Origin: Chrysomallon squamiferum
Lineage: Eukaryota > Animalia > Mollusca
NCBI GenBank assembly: GCA_012295275.1
Contig: CM022665.1
Coordinates: forward strand, 38,130,001 to 38,194,000
Reading direction: 5' to 3'
DNA: 64,000 nucleotides
Shown piece after piece: positions 58,425-64,000 of this stretch. Each line of letters opens with the position of its first letter. The first letter of the stretch is position 1. The position numbers were made by a program, and so were the translations under genes. Under the pieces are notes generated by a model. That model was not told the origin of the DNA. It was given only the letters and a program-made list of their open reading frames with translations, and did no database searches.

Positions 58425-60567
58425 TCCATGTCTAAAGCAAATGAGGGGGGCAATCACTTTCTGGTGACTTTATGTCCATTTTGTAGAAACTGGTCAGTTC
58501 TATTCCAATACTCATTCATCCAATAAACAAAGACCAAAAAAAAAAAAAAGAAAAAAAAAAAAAATGATATAATAAAAAAAAAAAAAAAATGTATTACAAC
58601 AGTTGTAAGTTCATTCATCAAATTTATCATGACAGGATTTTTTTTTTTTTTTTTCAATTGCAAAGATCTTGTTCTATATTTAATCTGTCTTATCCACTGT
58701 TTGGTTTATGTGGGTGTTAAGAAAATTCTAGATAATTTATTGGATCTACTTTTTTTTCTTTTTTTTAATCTCCAGTTGTCTCTAAGGTGGTTTAAAAGGG
58801 GTTGAGTGGTTTTAGATTTTGGTTTGCAGGAAATTAATATGAAGAAGTTTTCTGAGCAAATATATGAATATATTTTTAAAAATAACTTTCATTTTTTAAT
58901 TTAAAGTGAATGTGTTTGTTAATGTCACTTGTTTCTTTAGTCTGAAAATTATTATCATCATTGTCATTGTCATTGTCATGGTTGTTGTTGTTGTTGTTGT
59001 CGTTGTCATTATTATAATTATTATTATGATATTGATCTTTGTTATCAGTTATATCACCATATCATAATTATCTCTTTGTAAATTTTTTTTTTTTTTTTTT
59101 TTTTTTTAATTTTGCCTCTAATTTCTTTTCCTTTAAACTTACCAATACATGTATATTTAATCAGTTTGCTGATTCAGAATTTCTTGTAAGTGTGTAAACC
59201 ATCTCTTTGATGGTTATAACTTTCAAGATAAATGAGTTTCATTACTTTAGAAAAAAGAAACATCACTTGGCAAAAATGGGATATGCATGCAGGATGCGTG
59301 ACCTGTATTTTTATCCCTCATATTTAAAGGTATATTTCTCTGCTGTTTATGAAAAATGTTTATGCAGACACTATACAGAATTGTCAAGAGAAATATGGTT
59401 GCACTGAAATTGTAATGCAAAATGTCTGAGAATGCAATTACTGAAACAAAGATGTCTGCCCAGACAGTAATGATATAATTTTGAAAAGCATTTCTTAAAA
59501 CTTTAACAGTCATGTAGACAGTGCTCCAAAAATAGTATATTATATTATTCATCCTCTTCTTCTTCTTCTTCTTCTTCTTATTATTATCATCATCATGACC
59601 CCTACTATTACTACCAATACTAATACTGCTAATACTATTTTAACTGGAACTGCAAATGCTAATATTACAAATACTATCATTATTGTTACTGTATTATTAC
59701 TTTTTGCTTGCACAGTTTTTCACAATGGCATGAAACTGACAAAGACCTTTAAACCACAGCATAACCACAACAGAGATTTGATCCAGTGACATTCCATACA
59801 TCAAACATGTGTTACCATCCTAATCACAAAACAAGATGTCAGACATAGACACTAAACAGATTTCTCATGTTGTGAATGAATGTTTCCACAGAGTGAAAAA
59901 TTTCTTTAAATCATTCACCATGTCCCTTCACAATAAAGTCATCCCAGTTGTCTAAATGTTTTCACAAACAACATTCAGAGCTGAGGTTGTATTTGATTCC
60001 CATTTAACAATAGATCAAAACTCCAGTGCTCTGCTAATACTGGCATAATGTTACCTAAAAGAGTAGACAGGAAAAACAAAAGTAGAAACATATTAAGAAG
60101 ATGTGTAGAGGTGTCATGAAAAGATGGTTGGCTTTATTTTGTGTTCCAGAGAATGTCAAAGATTTCCATATGTATAAACAAAAAGAAGATGCTGATTGTA
60201 GGTGGGAACTGTGTTATAGGGCAATATGCCAGCCTTTATCTGTTCAATCCAGCTGTAGACATACTGAAATAAAAGTGGCTGTTGAAGACATGTTAATACT
60301 GAAGGTTCAAGAGACCGGTATCACTAATAATCAGATGCTTTTGAAAATAAGGTGGAATTTAGTAACTGATTATTTATTTGATGTAAATTATTTTTGTTTA
60401 TTAATTTATTGAAATTATTTCTTTATTTCTTTATTTATTCATGTTTTTAAATTATTTAATTGATTTATTTACTGAGTTAGTTAGTTGTTTAGTTATTAAT
60501 TTATATATTTATTTATTTACTTATTTATAAAGCATAAAAATTTAGTACATTTTACTTTTAGTACATT

Positions 60568-60715
60568 TTTCCATTGACAGAAAACATATGTAATAGCCTT
60601 TGATAAACCAATCACTGCTTGATATGGGAAACAGGCTGATAGCATGCATAGAGAATTGATCCTGTGTTCTAAAATACCTCAGGCAAGCTCTTATTGTTAC
60701 ACAGGGCTATGTCTT
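60568..60715 (-). mobile_element. Degenerate SINE-like repeat, same family
   Basis: ttccattgacagaaaacatat..gcctttgataaacca..agagaattgatcctgtgt. Confidence 0.6.
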
Positions 60716-61374
60716 ACCTTGAAGAGAAATAAAAAATAAAAAAAAGTATATAGGGAAGGTAATTTAAATATTTAGATTTGTAAGTTAAACAAAGTCTTTA
60801 TAATAGGGTTTTAGAATTTATTTATATATTGATTTATTTAAGTTTCTATTCATACATTTTCTGTTTCCAGTTATATTCAATTTAGCCTAAGGGAGAAATC
60901 AAACTTGCACAATTTTCTTATAAAATTCATCCATTTAAATTAAACAATAGTTCAGCATACATATAAAACATGTATTTTAAACTTCTTAAAAGAATAAAAA
61001 TAAATACAATGAAAATTTAAAAGGTGGTTGGGTCTGGGAGTTTGTCTTACCCGGACTTACGTCACACGTCATGAAACAAGTCCACTTGAAACTTGGTTTG
61101 ACTGACTATTCAAACACACTTCTGGGGCACTTAAACATGACACGGGAAAACAGAGGCTTGGTATGAGAATTTAATAAATAAATAAAAACATCTTCCTGGT
61201 AGAACTGAATACCACACAAAGTTACATCATGAGAGTCTGCTGTAGGATATTTAAGTCTGGTGTTGGTTTATGATAGTTGATACATGCTATGATGCTGGAT
61301 ATTATTTTAAAAATGGGGAAAAAAACAAAACACACACACACACACACACACATATATTCATTTATTTTTAATTT

Positions 61375-61465
<91 letters not shown>

Positions 61466-61969
61466 TCTTCTTTTTAATTTCTTTTTTTTTTCTCCTTTTT
61501 TTTTTGTAGGATGTGTCTTTATCATTTTTGTTTTTATAGTGTATTATTTTTATGGGCAAGGGTGAATACGTTTTTGTATTTTCATTTCCCATTGCCTTCA
61601 TTTTCTATTATATCCCTTTTCTTTCATTCAATAACGTCGGCAAAAGCAGATGAGTTTATGAGTCAGTTTTTGTTGTTGTTTTTTTTTCTCCTCTTTCAAA
61701 AGTTTCTCGACCCATCAAGTTCTTGAGGACTAAACTCTTCACATACGGCCAATTATCTCGTCTTCCCATTGAAACACCCGGACCTCCTCAATTCACAAAG
61801 TACCCCCACGTTCTCTTCTATTATTGCAGTCATTGCCCGCGTGCTAATAACACAGAGAATCACCTTCCTGCTTCTGCAGCACGAGTTTTCACCGCTAAAT
61901 GGATGCATCATTTGTAATCCGAGGTTAAAAAGGGGGCAGAACGTAATATGAGAAATTACACACAGTCGT

Positions 61970-62454
61970 CCTTTTCAAAAGAATCTTTGAAAGAAAACTG
62001 TTTTTAAAATCTCGAGAGTGACAGAGAGGAATTTTAAACTGAAGGTTTTTGACAGTAATGATGGAAATATTACTTGTGATGATTCTTTTTAAAAGCATTA
62101 AATTTACCCATCTTTTTTTTTTTTTTTTTTTTTAAATGTTTTATAATATTTAAACAGAAAAATATTTTAAAATGACTTTGGTGACTCTCAAGCATTTACT
62201 ACTATCTCTCTTTTATATTTCTTTTTATTATTATTTTCAAAATCTACAAATGGAGAGAGAGAAAGTTATTTTAAAATTAGTTGGTGACTCTAAATATGTT
62301 TCATAATGTTTCCTTTGAAAAGCATGAAAATGTAGTATTTTTTGTTTTGTTTCTTTAAATCTGCAAATGGAGAGAATTGTGATGTTTGTTAAAATCATGC
62401 GATTGGTAAAAATATAATATAAAATGTTGTCTCTTACAAAGCACTAGGTCACCA

Positions 62455-62507
<53 letters not shown>

Positions 62508-62820
62508 AGACAGACAGTCAATAGAGCTAATGATGACAAGGATGTGTATTAATGGGAAGCATCACATCTATAAAAGCCTATATATATATTCACAATATCA
62601 ATAATGAGACATTTTAAAATGACTGTGTTGACTCTGTAATGATAAAATCATTGTTGAATGCTTGGTATTTTAATGCTGACATCAAAATATTGACAGGAGT
62701 TGTGTATTAATGTCAGAAGACGTCATCAAAATTGACTTGTTAAAAGCTTTATATTAGCAAGGTCATATTTTAAAATGATTTAATAGCTGCAGAGAAAGGT
62801 TTGATATTTTAATGTTGACA
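61970..62820. repeat. Old degenerate tandem repeat, roughly 105-120 bp period, interrupted by (CA)n
   Basis: Recurring tattttaaaat...ggtgactct (62163, 62267, 62611) and aaatct(a/g)caaatggagag (62240, 62357). Confidence 0.55.
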
Positions 62821-63785
62821 TTATACATCTATCAGACTGTGAGTTATTAGTTTACAGTTTATTTCTATTTATTTAAAAAAACTAAAAATTGTACACACAG
62901 TGTGAGACAGAGAAAGAGAGAGAAGCAAAACACATGTATAAATACACAGGCAGGCAGAAAGACATAGATACAATCATTCTGCCAACCATCTATTATTTAT
63001 ACATGTATGTGTCCGTATCTCTGTGTGTGTGTGTGTGTGTCTATTTTTTTTTTAAGAGGCCAAATACACTCATTGATTCATCTAACATTCTATGTATTAA
63101 AAAAATTCTACAAAATGCAAATTTTTATAAGAATCTCAAAGGGTCATTAATTTTCCTGTCATTTTTTTTTTAAATCTTTAATATGATGCATGCTTATAGG
63201 AGTGACACAGAGCTATATCTGGCCATTTATTGTCATGAGCCTACAAAGAACACTCTAGTTTGAAAGAAACATGTTTTTTTTTTCTTTTTTTTTGTGTTAA
63301 CTTAAATTTCATTTGCTTTTTTTTTATATATATATTAAGTTTAATTTCATTTGAATCTGGCCACATATCATGTTGGAAAGCACACACACAAACATAAGGA
63401 TGTAGGGAACATTAGTGACAATATCTCCCATCACTGACTGGTTAATTCGGGCAGTGATACTGTTACATTTACACTTGAATGTGATGTAAACTTGTTAAAG
63501 AGGCGACTGTTACACAAGATTTTTGTTATGTCAGATTCTGCTACATTTCTGTCCTGGACACAAAAGCTGCACGGTGGGAAGCCAGTGCTTTAATTCAGCA
63601 AATTCTATGTAACTAAGATGGCCGACTGTATATCAACAAACTGGCCCATGAACAATAGTATGTGTTGTAGATCTACATCAGATAAGAATTGAAAGGAAAC
63701 CATTCATTTCCTCTGCATCAAATAAGCAAGCTGCTAAGAGAGAGAGAGAGCTTGCATGTTGTGTGCGTCAACAAGAAACAGAACT

Positions 63786-63998
63786 AGGGGCAGATCATAG
63801 ATTTCTGAAAGGTGGAAAACTGGGGGAGGGCTGCCATGATGTAATCTTTATGACAGTCCCATGTTGCAATCTTTGTAGGTTGATATAACTCTCAAGCTGA
63901 ATTTCATTAAAAAGAAAACAAAAATGTTACCAGGGAAAAATTCGGGAGATGAGTATGTATTAAATGCACCCCCCTGGATTCATGTATGGATCTGCACA
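63786..63998. mobile_element. Possible degenerate MITE
   Basis: Inverted ends ggggcagatc ... ggatctgcac, with a G run near the left end and cccccctggat near the right. Confidence 0.35.
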
Positions 63999-64000
63999 GT

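Noticed and set aside
60101-60412. 103-aa ORF downstream of RhoU
   Set aside because: No recognisable domain, composition like the surrounding CpG-depleted non-coding DNA, and no clear splice context.

Overview
AT-rich, microsatellite-dense animal genomic DNA, probably a mollusc or other lophotrochozoan (inferred from repeat style and CpG mosaicism, not proven). Three intron-containing genes lie on the + strand. (1) The 3' part (9 coding exons, 95-4845) of a triokinase/FMN cyclase (TKFC/DAK) gene. (2) A tandem paralogue TKFC-B (16 coding exons, 7387-14236) with the same intron positions. It is strongly diverged, CpG-rich, has substitutions in the dihydroxyacetone-binding region, and is 1 nt short in exon 10, giving a TAG stop in the linker between the DhaK and DhaL domains. 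(3) A RhoU/RhoV (Wrch-1/Chp)-type atypical Rho GTPase (3 coding exons, 31527-54284, 247 aa) with an 18.85 kb second intron and a uORF-rich upstream region. The rest is non-coding: microsatellites, young and old minisatellites, degenerate SINE-like repeats and MITEs. Most ORFs in the supplied track are microsatellite artefacts. All exon boundaries were read and translated by hand; no database search was possible.
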